This document shows positions 17,324 to 30,262 of a stretch of DNA of 64,000 nucleotides, in pieces. The notes under the pieces are model-generated. The model saw only the letters and a list, made by a program, of their open reading frames with translations, was not told the origin of the DNA and ran no database searches. The translations under genes were made by a program, and so were the position numbers. The stretch comes from Polymyxa betae A26-41 (Eukaryota; Protista; Endomyxa: Phytomyxea), in NCBI GenBank assembly GCA_003693705.1, contig RBZT01000125.1:248001-312000 (forward strand), read 5' to 3'. The first letter of the stretch is position 1; every line of letters starts with the position of its first letter.

Positions 17324-18199
17324 ATGGATAAACTGTCATCCGGCGCCCAGGTAGACCAGCGACCGGCGCCCCAATTGCTGCAACATACCCTAGATAGTAA
17401 AGTATGGAATCGTACAACCATTGACAGACCTCTCAAATCCAGCGGCAGCTATGGATAGATCAGGTCGACAACGAAGACGATTTTTATGATAATCTGGGCC
17501 ATTCGTTCGACTACCAGCCTGATCCAATTGCTGAGAGGAAGATTGAGGCAGCACTTTTTTGTGATGAGAAAATGCCCGGTCAATTGATTGCAGATCCTGC
17601 GAGGAACAACGCCCATCTGACAAGAAATCAGGTCAAGCTCTTATATGGTCATGTCTCTTTCGCTCAGTTTTTCTTTTTCAGATACAGACCGGATTAACAC
17701 CAGTTGAGGAAGGCTGTGTCCAAGTTGCTGAAAATTCAGGACATAAACTTCTGCGTTCACAAAAAACGATTTCCTCCGCAGAGCAGGGCCATGTAAGCGC
17801 TGAATATCCCGCTCCTGATGAGAAGGAAGATTCTGTTGCTAATACTCTTTATGAAAGCGAACTTGCGTATCAAAAATGGAACCAGAAGGTGTCACAGTGT
17901 GACGAAAACTTTGGAAGATTGCAGCAAGAAATTCAAGCTGGACTTGAAAGTAACATGAGTTTTAGTTTGAATTATCGTCATTCATTGTTGTGATAGATTT
18001 TCAAAAATCTATCGAATCGTTAGCAGAAACATTTTCAAAAATGGTGCCACAAATGGTCGAGCAACTTCGCATAAAGGCGCAATCGGCCATCGAAGAAGGC
18101 GAGGCTAAAATTCAGGTTGGGCAGAACTTAAAGGCAATGTTGGTGCATGCACATAAGATTGCAAGATCGTTCGAAGAAAGCATGAACATTGAACGTTAA
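17324..18199 (+). CDS. Hypothetical protein with a C-terminal coiled coil, about 4 exons
   Basis: Open frames are linked by plausible GT-AG introns and end in ORF 17990-18199. No family recognised. Confidence 0.5.
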
Positions 18200-18357
18200 C
18201 CAGCAAGGAAGTTCACCCAGATCAAAATAAAAAAATTCCTGATGATGGTCCCTGGCCAAACCCGATCGTTGTTTCTGTGACTGAATCACGGTTTGTTCGG
18301 CATCCCAAACGACCCCGGTTTTCTGTTCGGTCTGCGCATATCATGATTTGTTGAGAG

Positions 18358-19092
18358 ATGCAATCCGGAAGGGCACTGGTTCCGACATGCAAACTGGTGC
18401 CGAGCATCCGAATTAAAGTCTTGACAATGGGAGACGCCGGTGTCGGTAAAAGTTGCTTAATCAAGCGGTACTGTGAAAGGAAGGTCATTGCAGACAAACT
18501 TTCTGGTTGAGCCTGTTTAATGAAACCCCAGCTGCGTAGTTCGTTGATCGGTATATTAGCACGATCGGTGTCGATTACGGCGTGAAATCAGTCAAGCTGA
18601 GGTCTCGAAACATCAGCGTCAATTTCTGGGACCTTGCAGGCCAGGCTGAATATCTTGAGATTCGAAACGAATTCTACAAAGATACGCAAGCAGTATAAAT
18701 TGGTTGAAATCCTGTTCCAATCATTCAGCTGGTTAGCATAGGCAATATTGATATTCGATGTTTGCTCGAGACCATCTTTCGAGAAACTGAACACATGGCT
18801 TAAAGAATCAGCACAATTCGGAGCCAAGCCAAAGGTGATTGTGGTTTGTGGCAATAAGACCGACCTACCAGGACGTGCTGTTTCGAGACTGGAGGCCTCG
18901 GCATGGGCTGCATCGAAGGGATTCAAGTACGAATGCTGTGGTTCATTGCTCCAGTTTCTGATGTTGGTGTAAATCTGCAGGTACTACGAAACATCAGCTC
19001 AGAACGGCGAAAATGTTGACAATGTATTCGAGCACGTTTTCGAAGTAGCTTCTGCAGATCAGCCAGGGTCCCAAGCCATATCTCGAGCCTAA
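18358..19092 (+). CDS. RJL-family Rab-like small GTPase (DNAJC27-like, lacking the J domain)
   Basis: Spliced translation gives GDAGVGKSCLIKRYCE, STIGVDYG, FWDLAG, RNEFYKDTQ, GNKTD, YYETSA. The KRYCE and RNEFYKD motifs are typical of RJL/DNAJC27, and there is no C-terminal prenylation motif. Confidence 0.85.
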
Positions 19093-19354
19093 GTTTTGGT
19101 GGAGAACGCGCTGGGCTCCGGGGCCGGCGTTCCTTCCACCTTCAACCGATCTCTCATCTTCTCATAAGCCTGTAGTTTACAGATATATTTATCCCAGTAA
19201 AACTGCAATTTTTGTGTCGACTTGGTACCTCGAGCTTATCGGGTCTGTGAGCGTACATCTGGGCGAGCTGCGTGACAACGACGCCAACGACAACCGGCGA
19301 TCCGAAGTATAACAATGCAGTAGATAAGCGCTTTGAGAGAGGGACAAACGACAT
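19089..19354 (-). CDS. Small (~68 aa) single-TM protein, 2 exons
   Basis: MSFVPLSKRLSTALLYFGSPVVVGVVVTQLAQMYAHRPDKLE|AYEKMRDRLKVEGTPAPEPSAFSTKT*, using a 59-nt GT-AG intron at 19170-19228. Confidence 0.6.
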
Positions 19355-19768
19355 GATAGTGTGATGCTAATCGATCATTATATGGGAGTATTGTCCGCAA
19401 TGATCCCTACATGGTGAGATTTCGTCTACATGTTGACAGCTGGTCGGTAGTTGTGAGCAGAATATCATCTTTGAATACTGGTAAAACAGCATGTCTCGCG
19501 TAGGTTGATTTGGGAAATAGGAATCTGACAGAATGCGATTCCCTCGTTTGAATGTTTATTTTCACCGATCAGCTGGTCTGTGGGTAATCACAGGGTTCCG
19601 CCCTCATCCCAGCATAGCAGATGAATGGTGCCTACCGTAAGCATCTTTATCTTGAAGACCGATACCCGTCCTTATTGCTGACAACTCAGAATCCGATTAG
19701 AGTGATCTTATACAACAGTCATTTTGTTCGGCTGTCTGTAACATATCAGTAACATGTTAATCTATTAC

Positions 19769-22700
19769 ATGAGTAGGCGCCATTTCAGTCGTGATCAAAA
19801 TAGACGCCGTGGTGGGTCTTCATTTCCGTTCTCGTCTCACATTTGTCACATGTTGTCGTCGTCGTTGTCAACTTCGCCGATTACAGTCACCGGCACCGCT
19901 GTCAATGCGACCGCATTCACCATTTCCGACGAGGACGAGCGTCAGTATCGCATCATCACATTACCGAATCGATTGCGATGCATTCTCGTCTCCGACCCAG
20001 ATACTGATAAGGTCTGTTGACCTCTTCAGGATCTTCTAATGGCTTAATCGAAGACAGGAAGCCGCTGCTTTAGAAGTGGCTGTAGGACACTTTTCTGATC
20101 CGGATGATCTCCCTGGATTAGCTCATTTCTTAGGTATTTACATATGAGCGTTTCACTTGTCTCTCCTAAACTGGTTGCTCATAGAGCATATGCTGTTCCT
20201 CGGGACGAAAAAGTATCCTGGCGAGAACTCGTTCTCGAGTTTCTTGAGTCAACATTGTGGCTTCAGCAACGCGTAACGCTCATTATTGTTTCAGAATAGT
20301 TCTGAAACTTGCCATCAGGTATACCTCCAGCGAACACACATTGTATCATTTCGAGCTGAACAAAGGTCATCTGTCCGAAGCCCTTGATCGGTAAATTTAT
20401 GATTTACACCAATTTCACAATAATCATGTGCTAACGAAGATTTGCTCAATTCTTTGCTGCTCCCTTATTTACTGAAAGTGCCACTGATCGTGAGCTGAAA
20501 GCTGTTGATAACGAGCACAAGAAAAATTGTCAAAACGATATCTGGCGTTCGTTCCAGTTGCTGAAGACGACGGCCAATGCCAATGGCACTCCTTTCACGA
20601 AATTCGGCACAGGAAGCTATGAGACGCTCTTTGAGAAACCCAGAGTATTGGGAATCGACGTGCGAAAGGCTCTTTTGAAATTCCATTCCGATTATTATTC
20701 TGCTAACGTGATGTGTCTGTGTGTGATTGGACATGGTAAATTCATCTACATTCACGGTCACACTCTCACCAGCGTTGATCACGTTCATGTTTAGAGTCGC
20801 TGGATATCATGCAACAGTATGTGGAAAACTGCTCCTCAGAAATTGAAGACCGCAATCTCACTGAACCCCATTTCGATGGCCCGGTTTTTGACGACATCAG
20901 TTTGATGGTATCGATGTACTATTATTGCTAAAAGCTGCTGACATCCGTGTTTTGAGTAGAAATTATTCCATGTCGTTCCAGTAAAAGACAGCCACTCTCT
21001 TCGTATCATCTGGGAGCTCCCTCCGACGGAAAATCTGTACCGCACCAATCCGGCTGGTTTTATTGCTCAGTATGTTTCTCAAACTGCATAGTCGTTCATG
21101 GGATATGAATTTTCGTCCTCAGCTTGTTGGGACATGAATCAGAAGGCTCGGTGCTCTCTGCGCTTAAAGCCCGGGGATTAGCGAATGCTCTTTCAGCAGG
21201 TGACAGCATTTTTTTCGTTTCCGATCGAACAATAAATTTTGGCAATGAATAGGAGAGTCCTTTTTGGCAACTGGGTTCACATTGTTCACTGTCACGATTA
21301 CGCTTTCTCCTGAAGGTTTAAGTTGCATCGATGATATCTTAGGAATTGTGTTCCAGTATATTCGCTTGATACAAACAGCGAATAGCGATGAGTTTACCAG
21401 GCTTTATGTAGAAAAACAAAGAATCGCCGAACTCAATTTTCGGTTCAAAGGCAAGGAACGTCCTGGATCGTATTGTAATGAATTAGCTCGCAATCTGCAC
21501 AAATCGCAGATCGAGGATGTCCTTTCCGCTCACTATCTATATCGTCATTATGACGAGTCAATGGTCTGAGCCGATTGGTTTTCGGCTGGCCCAATGATAA
21601 ATTGTCCTGCAGATTCGTCGTTTTGCGTCGTATTTAGTTCCTGAACGAGCTCGTTTCGAAGCTCAATCACAAGCATTTGCAGATATTTGCACTTCAAATG
21701 AGAAGTGGTATGAAACTGCTTACAGTGTCCAGTCTCTTCCAGATTCAGCTCGGCAGAAAATTGAAAATGGTATTTTCGGTGCATGTTCCACTTCAATGCA
21801 TAATATCTTTGTTTCAGACGTTCTAAGCGTTGAATTGCTTCATCTTCCGCTGCCGAATACCTTCATTGCGTCTGATTTCTCGCTGAAGTCGCAGATACGG
21901 CATGCTATTGCGCTGGACGAAGTTCGCCATCGTCTTCGCTGTTACTTGCTGCTGATTTCCATATTTAGGCTCCCATTCTATTAAAGGATGATCCAGATTT
22001 GAAACTTTGGTTTAGGAATGACAGCATCTTCGGGAAACCGAAATTGAATATCACCGCAGAATACGCTTGCTGGGAGGCATATTGCAGTCCTCGATCATCG
22101 GTACTATGCCCCCGTACTTCCGGGTTGTGTATATTTATTCAGTCGATTGTTGTGCTAGATAAACTGTCAATTGTTCACTCGGCTGCTTGCAGACAGTTTA
22201 AACGAATTCGCTTACAATGCTGAAATCGCAGGTAAACAAATACGATCAGTATTTCTGGAGAACCAAGACATGTTTCTTCAGGTTTGACGTACAACTTCGA
22301 CCCTAAGCCGGCAGGAATTGAATTATATATTCGTGGGTATAATGAGAAGCTGCACTTTTTGCTCGAAAATATTATGGAACATATGGCGAACTGTAAATTC
22401 GATCAGGCTCGATTCGAATTGATTCGAGAATCAATCGAGCGGACCCTGGTTAATTTTTCAATGGAGCAGCCATATCATCATTCGTTATATCACCAGGCTC
22501 TGGCAGTCGAGGTTCCGAAATGGAGTGTTGCTCTACGTTTGCAAGAGATCCGGAAGACTACTTTGAACGATGTTTTGCAATTCGCCCAGCGAATGCTTGG
22601 CCGGGGTCGTTGGCATGTTCTGGTGCACGGCAACGCGGTCGAGGAACAAGCTCGTTTGCTAGCAGAAACGTTTACTCGCTTTGTGCCAATGCAAAACCCG

Positions 22701-23557
22701 CTACTTGCTCGACCCGACCTTCGTCTCGCCAAATTCACACCAGGTTCCGAATCGACGTTCACAGATGCAGTCCAAAACCCCGAGGAAGTGAATTCTTCTG
22801 CCCTGGTTTACTACCAATTGGGCGCAGATGAATTCAAGACGCGAGCTAGGCTTCGTCTGCTTGCCCATATTGCACAAGAGCCATGTTTCCATCGTCTTCG
22901 AACCGTGGAGCAACTTGGTTATCTTGTCTTCTCGAGGTGAACGACAATGCGTTCTTTTTCAAGTTTGCGTTTCTGAGACATCATTTAGTATGCAAGAGCA
23001 ACGTGGCGTTCTGGGATTTCGAATCCTTGTCCAGTCGTCGGAATTCTCTCCACTTCATTTGCGCTCCAGAATTCTTTGCTTTGTCGATGAGCTGCGGGTA
23101 TCTCGCTAGAGCCATAGTGCAGCTCTCGGATTGATCTTTAAACTTTAGGACATCATCAGCAAAATGGGAGACGACGAATTCCATAAAATTTTGGCTGCCG
23201 TTATAGACTCCCGAACTCAGAAGGATAAGACGTTGACTGAAGAGACAAAACGACTCTGGGTTTGTCTGTTTTATAATCATTCGATTAGAGTCTAACCTGT
23301 AGTAGTCTCAAATTAGTCGTCATCGCTACGAGTTTGATGCGCGCCTCAAAGAAGCAACTGAACTTGGGTCTATCACTAAAGACGATTTGTTGGCGTTCTT
23401 CGACAAGTTCTTAGCTCAAAATGGCGATCAGATGCGCCGCTTCTCATCACTCGTTTTCGGTGCGAATCATGAAGTCACTGTCCCAGAAGGCGTCCAGCAC
23501 ATAGTGAACCTGGAAAACTTCAAGAGAACTTTGGAGCTATATCCAGCTTCTGATTAG
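19769..23557 (+). CDS. IDE: Insulysin / insulin-degrading enzyme (M16A metallopeptidase), multi-exon
   Basis: [20 protein letters not shown]|[12 protein letters not shown] (inverted zinc motif HxxEH), [32 protein letters not shown]. Confidence 0.93.
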
Positions 23558-23736
23558 TGGTTATTTATTTGAGAATGTACATAAATATACGAAATACGCC
23601 ATTATTGCGTCTGACATCTTTCTCTGATAAGACAGCATAGGTTCCAGCCAACCATGAAAGCAAAGCTTTCCTTTTCATGATGCAACTTACATTCAGTAGC
23701 CGTTGGCACAGAAACAGGAACGATAATCAACAAAAC

Positions 23737-25101
23737 TTAAGTGCCAGAATCCGGAACAGCAAACTCTTTGAGATGCGATCCTGCAGGGGTCACAATCTTG
23801 ATCAGCTTCTCAATTCGATTGCGCTCCATGTCGAGTTCACTTTGCTGTGCTTGAATAGTTTCCAGTTGCTGGGCGACATGACTCCGAGATATCCCACTCA
23901 TAAACTGGTCCAGAGCGTCTTCACCTGCAGCGGCGGCCGCCGTGTCTTGTTTCTGCAACGTTTCGATCTGCTTCGTAAATTCGGCGTCACGCTGATTGAG
24001 CGATGCCAATTTCTTTTTAAGCGAATCGAAAGTTTCAATGGCGGGACGTTTCTTGACAGATTTCTTTTCAGTGGTCGTGTCTTGTACAATCGTCCGATTG
24101 TAGAATTCGTCGTCCTCGTCACTATCGACATATCGCCGACGTTTCATGGTTGTTTTGCCGGTATCGGGCTGTTCTGCACGTCTCTTGCTTTTACGCTTCT
24201 CTTTCACTCGCGCGATGAGATCTTCCGTCTGTTCATCGACTTCGGCTTGCAGCACCGTCAACTGCTCACGACATCGTGTTAGCTGTTTCTCCTGGCCGGA
24301 CGTCAACGACCCGTTAATGCTCTCCTTATTCTGCAGCGTTTCAGTCTCCTTCAGTATATGCTACCAGTAAAATTGAGTTGGACAAAACTAATGACTTCGA
24401 AGCTGCCTACCGCCAATCTCGAACGCTTTTTGTTTAGATCAGCAACAAATTTCTGCTGTTTCTGTGATAATGTCGAATACTGTAATGTACCCTGGACCAG
24501 ATATTGGTCGAGGTCGTCGATCTCCTCATCATCGTCATCGTCATCGTCAGCAGCATCCGAATCCGATTCTTCTGGTTGGGGAGGCGGTGGAGGCGGCACT
24601 GCCCTGGGCGCCAGCGGTCCATGCAACGACTGCCATTCGGCCGGACGAAGACGTTCAGGACCTTCAACACAATACAGACGCGTGCTGAGACCGAACTGAA
24701 CAACATCACCGACCCGAAGAGGAACGAACTGACCAGCTGGTAGAGGCGTCTTGTTCACTTTAGTGCCATGTGTGCTACCCATATCATAGATGAAGACGGC
24801 GCCCTGAGGACCATGCTGAATAACAGCATGCTGCCGACTGTATTAGATGAGCTATGATAGAGATCGTTAGGAATGTAATTTACCTGATTGATGGATGTAG
24901 TAAGGTGTAATGACAAACATCAGGCTGGCGGCCGACGATGGTGAAGGCGCCTCGGTCCAGAGCGACATTCTGATCGGCTCCCAGGGGGACGCCCTCGCGA
25001 ACCACTTCGAATCTCAGATCCAAGACATCTTCAGGGACCGGATCGGATGACCAACGCGGTGCCAAATACGCCCCAAGACGGTTCGTCTGCGATTCAGACA
25101 T
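23737..25101 (-). CDS. Kanadaptin (SLC4A1AP)-like FHA-domain protein with a coiled coil; 3' end uncertain
   Basis: Y.AP.WS, VGRQPDVC, HPSI|SRQHA, DMGSTHGTKVNK, FGLSTRLY; downstream DSDEDDEFYNRT and EDALDQFM. Confidence 0.8.
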
Positions 25102-25430
25102 CTGAAATCGCTCCAAACGCAGTGGCGAAACAGATCGCAACTTTTATCCAAAACTTTATCAAAACTTTTCATAAAAATTTCGATCAAAGTTTGTTGCTTT
25201 TTTTCTAATAGGACTCGATCTAAGCTGATGACAGACCTGCTATTTCAGTTGGAATTTCAATGTGAAAATGTCATATCAGCCTATCAATTGGTTACATGCT
25301 AGCTATGACATCTAGCTATGTGTCTGAATACATCGTCTGATAGAGTTTAGAAATTAACGAACGCCGGCTTTCTGCAGCGACTTTTTCAATGATGGAAAGA
25401 AACCCAACTTGACAAATCTCGCGACAGATT

Positions 25431-26771
25431 CTATTTCTTCTTCTTTTTCGATCCTTTCTTTCCCTTCTTCCCCTTCGTCGATGCCTTGGCAGCTGCTTGC
25501 TGTGCAGCCAATACCTCCATCGCCTTCTTCTTTTCCTGGTCACGTTCCGCAGCCCTCCTGCTATGAAATCGTTCGATCGTCTCCAGATCGTATCTACGTC
25601 CAGCAATCAGCTCGTCATCCCCAATCCACCCGCTACAACCTTCTGATGGCTCCTTCTGCATCACACGATATTAATGATGTCCCCATCACCACGAGATTAG
25701 TTATTGGTTGACGATGTCCACCTAACTTATCAATAGATACACCATTATTGATATCAAATAATCGAATCTATCCCTATCTGAGTTCGACATCTACAAACCC
25801 TAAACCCTAACTCACCTCGATATCATCCCCAGCTGATATCAATCTCTCGCCTGCCAATACGATCCGGTTCACAACATCGCTATGCCCGAAATAACGTCTC
25901 AGTATCTTCCCCGTTCTGAGATCAATTGCAGCGATTTTTCCATGCCCATGTGACATATAAAGAGTCTGTCCATTTCCCATCGTTAAACATCGTATTGGTG
26001 ATCCAGCACCTTCATCACTTCGTAATACTTGAACACAATCCTTCACACGAATATCCTATGACAATCTATTCGTTATTGATAGTCGACAAATCACCCAACG
26101 AATCTTACAAGTAGACGAGCACGACCATCAGCAGCTGCTGTCCATATCTGTGTTAATGATGGAACTAGAAGATATTCAACAGGGCAACAACATGGCTGAT
26201 AATGATGTGAGATATCGAATTGATTGTTATCGATGACATTAACAGCACCATCCCATGATGATGTGAATATAGAGCTGGATAGAGAGGTCGTATAGCTGAT
26301 CAGATCATCATGACATTGGACGAGATCACCACGAATCTCTCCGAACTCATTCGTTAGAAATAGGCGTCCTTTGATATCACCAATCGCCCAATGATCCTGA
26401 ACGAACGTGACGGCCGAGATGGGCGTCTTCGATTGCAGTTTCAGGTCGCGTTCGGCGGTTCCTTGAGAGGACCAGGAGCGAATCACGCCCTGAGCTGTTC
26501 CAACCCAGATAGAATCCTGATCAATGATACCAGCTGATATAATCGGTCCAGAGACATAATCGATTTCACGTCCGAGATAATATTCCTGAACATCTGTAGA
26601 GACATCTTCGTATTGATTCAGCTCAGGGGACATCGTTGCGCGGAACAGCTCCGATGGACCCAGATCATCATCATCATCAACATCGCTGAGGACGACGATA
26701 GGGTCGCCATCTAGTACCTCTGACATAATGTACAATGAATCACGATCGCCATCCTGCTCCTGTATTTCCAT
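25431..26771 (-). CDS. WD40-repeat protein with an acidic N-terminus and a lysine-rich C-terminus
   Basis: WD-like segments (HDDLIS..SSWDGAV, AAADG, GHSDVVN..SAGDD); ends KKGKKGSKKKKK*. Confidence 0.7.
25795..25810 (+). repeat. Short telomere-like (AAACCCT)2 tract inside an intron
   Basis: AAACCCTAAACCCTAA directly after the GTGAG donor of a WD40-gene intron. Confidence 0.6.
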
Positions 26772-27051
26772 CCAGTAACAAACCAGCAGAAAGTCGTTGG
26801 AATAAAACCTGATTCTACTATGAGCCAATGCTACCTTTCATATTGGTTCTGCATTGTCCTCAGTTGAGCCCAATAATCATCAAGTCACAATACGACGAAA
26901 ACGGAGCGAAACACGCTGAGCTGAAAAACTTGATATCATGGATTAGTTTGTAATTGTTAAGGCAGTTCGCGTCAATTAAAGAATATATATTGGGATCAGG
27001 GTTTCGAGGGAAATCTTGGTGAACGATCGCTCCATAAGGTACTGCTGGCCC

Positions 27052-28493
27052 ATGGATATAACGAACTGCAACATGACCATGATAAGATCGAATCCAATCG
27101 ATGATGCATCAAGTCCCGGCCTAGCCCATACAAACAGTATGGTTGAAAATTAGTAGCACGATGTTGATTGGGACTTAGTTGGTTATAATAGAGATGGTTA
27201 GATCAGCATGGACCATTGAACAACCAGCTCGATCGTTAGACGAACTACAACAGAAACGTCGTCATTTGCAACTACCAGATCCATCATACGAACTCAATGG
27301 CGATGGCGTCGTCGATAATTCCGATCTCTTCTTTGCCAGCATGTTCGATGAAGATCGCGATGGTCGTCTCAATCACGATGAACTCGAACGATGCCAGGAG
27401 GCACTCCGCGCCGGTCTCAATAAGCAATGGAGACTGAGCAGTGCCGGGCCAGTACGGGTGGCGGATCTCGACCGGGACCAGCAATGGATGCAGCACGCCG
27501 TACCCGAGCCTGGGTCGCGAACCGCCTCGACGATGCGGCAGCAGCGGCGCCAGGATCTGAAATCCGCGGGCGAATCCGTATTGGGACGTCTGCCGCAACC
27601 AGTCCGGCGGGCGGCGGTCGTGCTGGCCCGCCGCCCCGGATCGGATCATCTCCCGCTGGATCTCTCGCATCCAGATGCCGAGAGTATCACAACCAGATGT
27701 TCTTCATCATCAACAGCAGCAACGAGATCGGATCTGATACAGCAACGACATAGTGCATTATCCAGATCTGCTATCAAGCATCTAGATCAAGTTAGTAATA
27801 AGAGACCAGCTGAATCTCTATGTTTGGGTAAAGATCCACCCGATTATTCCAACGATAAACTCACCGGATCCAATCGGTATCCGGCCTGGCATCGGACGTG
27901 CTGGACCCCGGCATCAGATCCAGCCAAATCCCAGCATGTACTGAATCGAAGACGGCAATGTCTAGCTGGTACGATTGGTAAGATGGCAGCCCCGGAGTTC
28001 GAGCCGAGATCATCAATGCTACAAGATTTAGCAGTACGACATGGTATTAAGGTCAGTGATTTATGTCGTGAAGTACGAGGGCGTTCTATGTATGAGGCCA
28101 ATGAACGTGCTCGTCTAAGTGAGATTCAACGTGCTGATCTATTACCAATGTATAGCAGCTTCACATCGGATCATATCTTTCGAGAGCCTCATTATATGCA
28201 GTTGAAGCAGAAGACCCGCCCAGCTGAACATACCTGTGATCATGTAGAGAATATGTTTACAAGCTGGATGGAGAAGACAGGTGCAGGTCTAAGAACACGA
28301 CCATATCCTGGTCTACCTATAAAATATGCAGGAGGTGATAGACATCAGATGGTATCGATTCTATTATCCAGGACCAAGACCAGATGTCAGGCAGCTATTC
28401 GATCACGAGCGTTCCCGGCTGCCATTCGCACCCAATAATCTTGAATCAATCAAGCGAACGAATTCACGAGCTACAACAGCAATATGTGAATAA
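27052..28493 (+). CDS. Hypothetical protein with an EF-hand pair
   Basis: ELNGDGVVDNSD and DEDRDGRLNHDE loops in ORF 27179-28438. A short upstream exon and a last exon are inferred from GT-AG sites. Confidence 0.65.
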
Positions 28494-29117
28494 ATTCCTG
28501 ATAATATATGAATCTACATCCAGCCTATATGGTGACATCCATTGGATTAGCGTAATCCAAAAGCGACCCCTTGAAACAAAAAAATCCAAGGCAGATGGCA
28601 TGAACGCTTAATGCAGCTTGACAGATTGCGATGAATCGAGATGACAAAACGGTCGCTGGAGAAGGCAGCATTAACTTACAGCGCAGGATACTTTTGGTGG
28701 AGATTATCGACCAGCTCGAGCAGCAGGATCCTGGACACGACTATGAAATTCGGTCTACTCTTCGGGCCGTAATCGCTCCAGTTCTAGATGAATGGGGATT
28801 CGCCAGCCATGTGATTGAAAACGGGACAGGTTGTCATGATCGTAACGATGCCAGCTAGCAGACACCATTACCTGATGATAAGACATTCATTAACATAGTG
28901 AACGAATGAATCATAGAGATGGTTGCGCACCCCCTAAATGTATCACACTCTTCAAAACGGTTCCGATATAAATCATTCTCTGCTACTAAAAGTCGTGGCA
29001 ACAATGTTTTTACATCAATGCTATTAACAATGTTCTTACAACATTGCTATTTCAGTCCAGTTTAGAAGTGGTATTATTTGGAGATTCTCGATGCAATTTG
29101 CGTCATTTGGAATTGCA

Positions 29118-30092
29118 ATGGCATCGTACGCAGCCAAGCTCATACAGAATGTCGACAAAGGCTTATGCGGCGACCCGGAATTCCACGACCCGGCCGAAGT
29201 CGTCGGCGCCCAGGTTCGGCGCCTGGCCGACCTGATTCGTTCCAGTCATCATTGTATCATTCATACAGGCGCCGGAATCTCAACTGCTGCTGGTATCCCG
29301 GATTTCCGAGGGCCTCATGGTTAGACGAATCAGCAGGAAAGTCTCTTCAATCACTGATTACTGTATTCAGGGGTTTGGACACGAGAAAAACAAGGCCTGG
29401 ATCCATTACCTGCAACGTCGTTTGAAGATGCTTTACCGAGTTTCACTCGTATGAAGCATGCCGTCGTTATTCGGAATGATAAATGTGTGATTATGCTTTA
29501 GATAAGGCTATTGCATGTCTTGTTGAACGAGGACACGTGAAGCATGTTGTCAGCCAAAATGTTGATGGGCTGCATATTCGGTCCGGTCTAGCTCGATCAT
29601 GTTTATCGGAGGTTCATGGGACTGCATTTGCTGAATGGTGCGATCGAGTAAGAACCATGTTGTGTTGTTGGTTTGAAATTCCGATATCGGGCTTTACAGT
29701 GCAATCGTGAGTTTCGTACCAATATTCCTGTAGATACTATAGGTCTAAGGAAGACTGGAAACAAGTGCACTGAATGTAGAAATGATCTAAGGGATATGCT
29801 CTGTGATTGGGATAGCGACCTTCCAGAACACGAAGTTGCTACTGCAATCGAGCATCATCGGCAAGCCGATCTATGTATATGTGTGGGTTCAAGCATGAGA
29901 ATACGACCAGCTGGGCTGTGGCCTGAACGAACCATTCGTCGAAATGGGAAATCTGCACCAGGAAAGGTGGTCGTTATCAACCTGCAAAAGACGCACCTTG
30001 ATACGAAGTGCCATTTGCGGTTATTTGCTAAAGCGGACGACGTCTTCACATTGCTGGCAAATGAACTTCAACTGGAAGTTGAACATACATGA
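29118..30092 (+). CDS. Class IV sirtuin (SIRT6/7-like) NAD-dependent deacylase
   Basis: HTGAGISTAAGIPDFRGPHG, SQNVDGLH, EVHG, zinc CxxC pairs, LCDW..DLP, GSSMRI, VINLQKT. Confidence 0.93.
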
Positions 30093-30262
30093 CCTAAGCC
30101 TTATCGCGAATTTGCTGATCTTGCCACTGAAGCTCACTATTATGCAAAATTATACTTATTCTAAGACGGGAGGAATTCCATATAATGTATATATTCACAT
30201 AATAAAAATGTAAATTGTAGATAAGTTATGGTAGAGCTGCATCAACTTTCAACACTCCAGGT

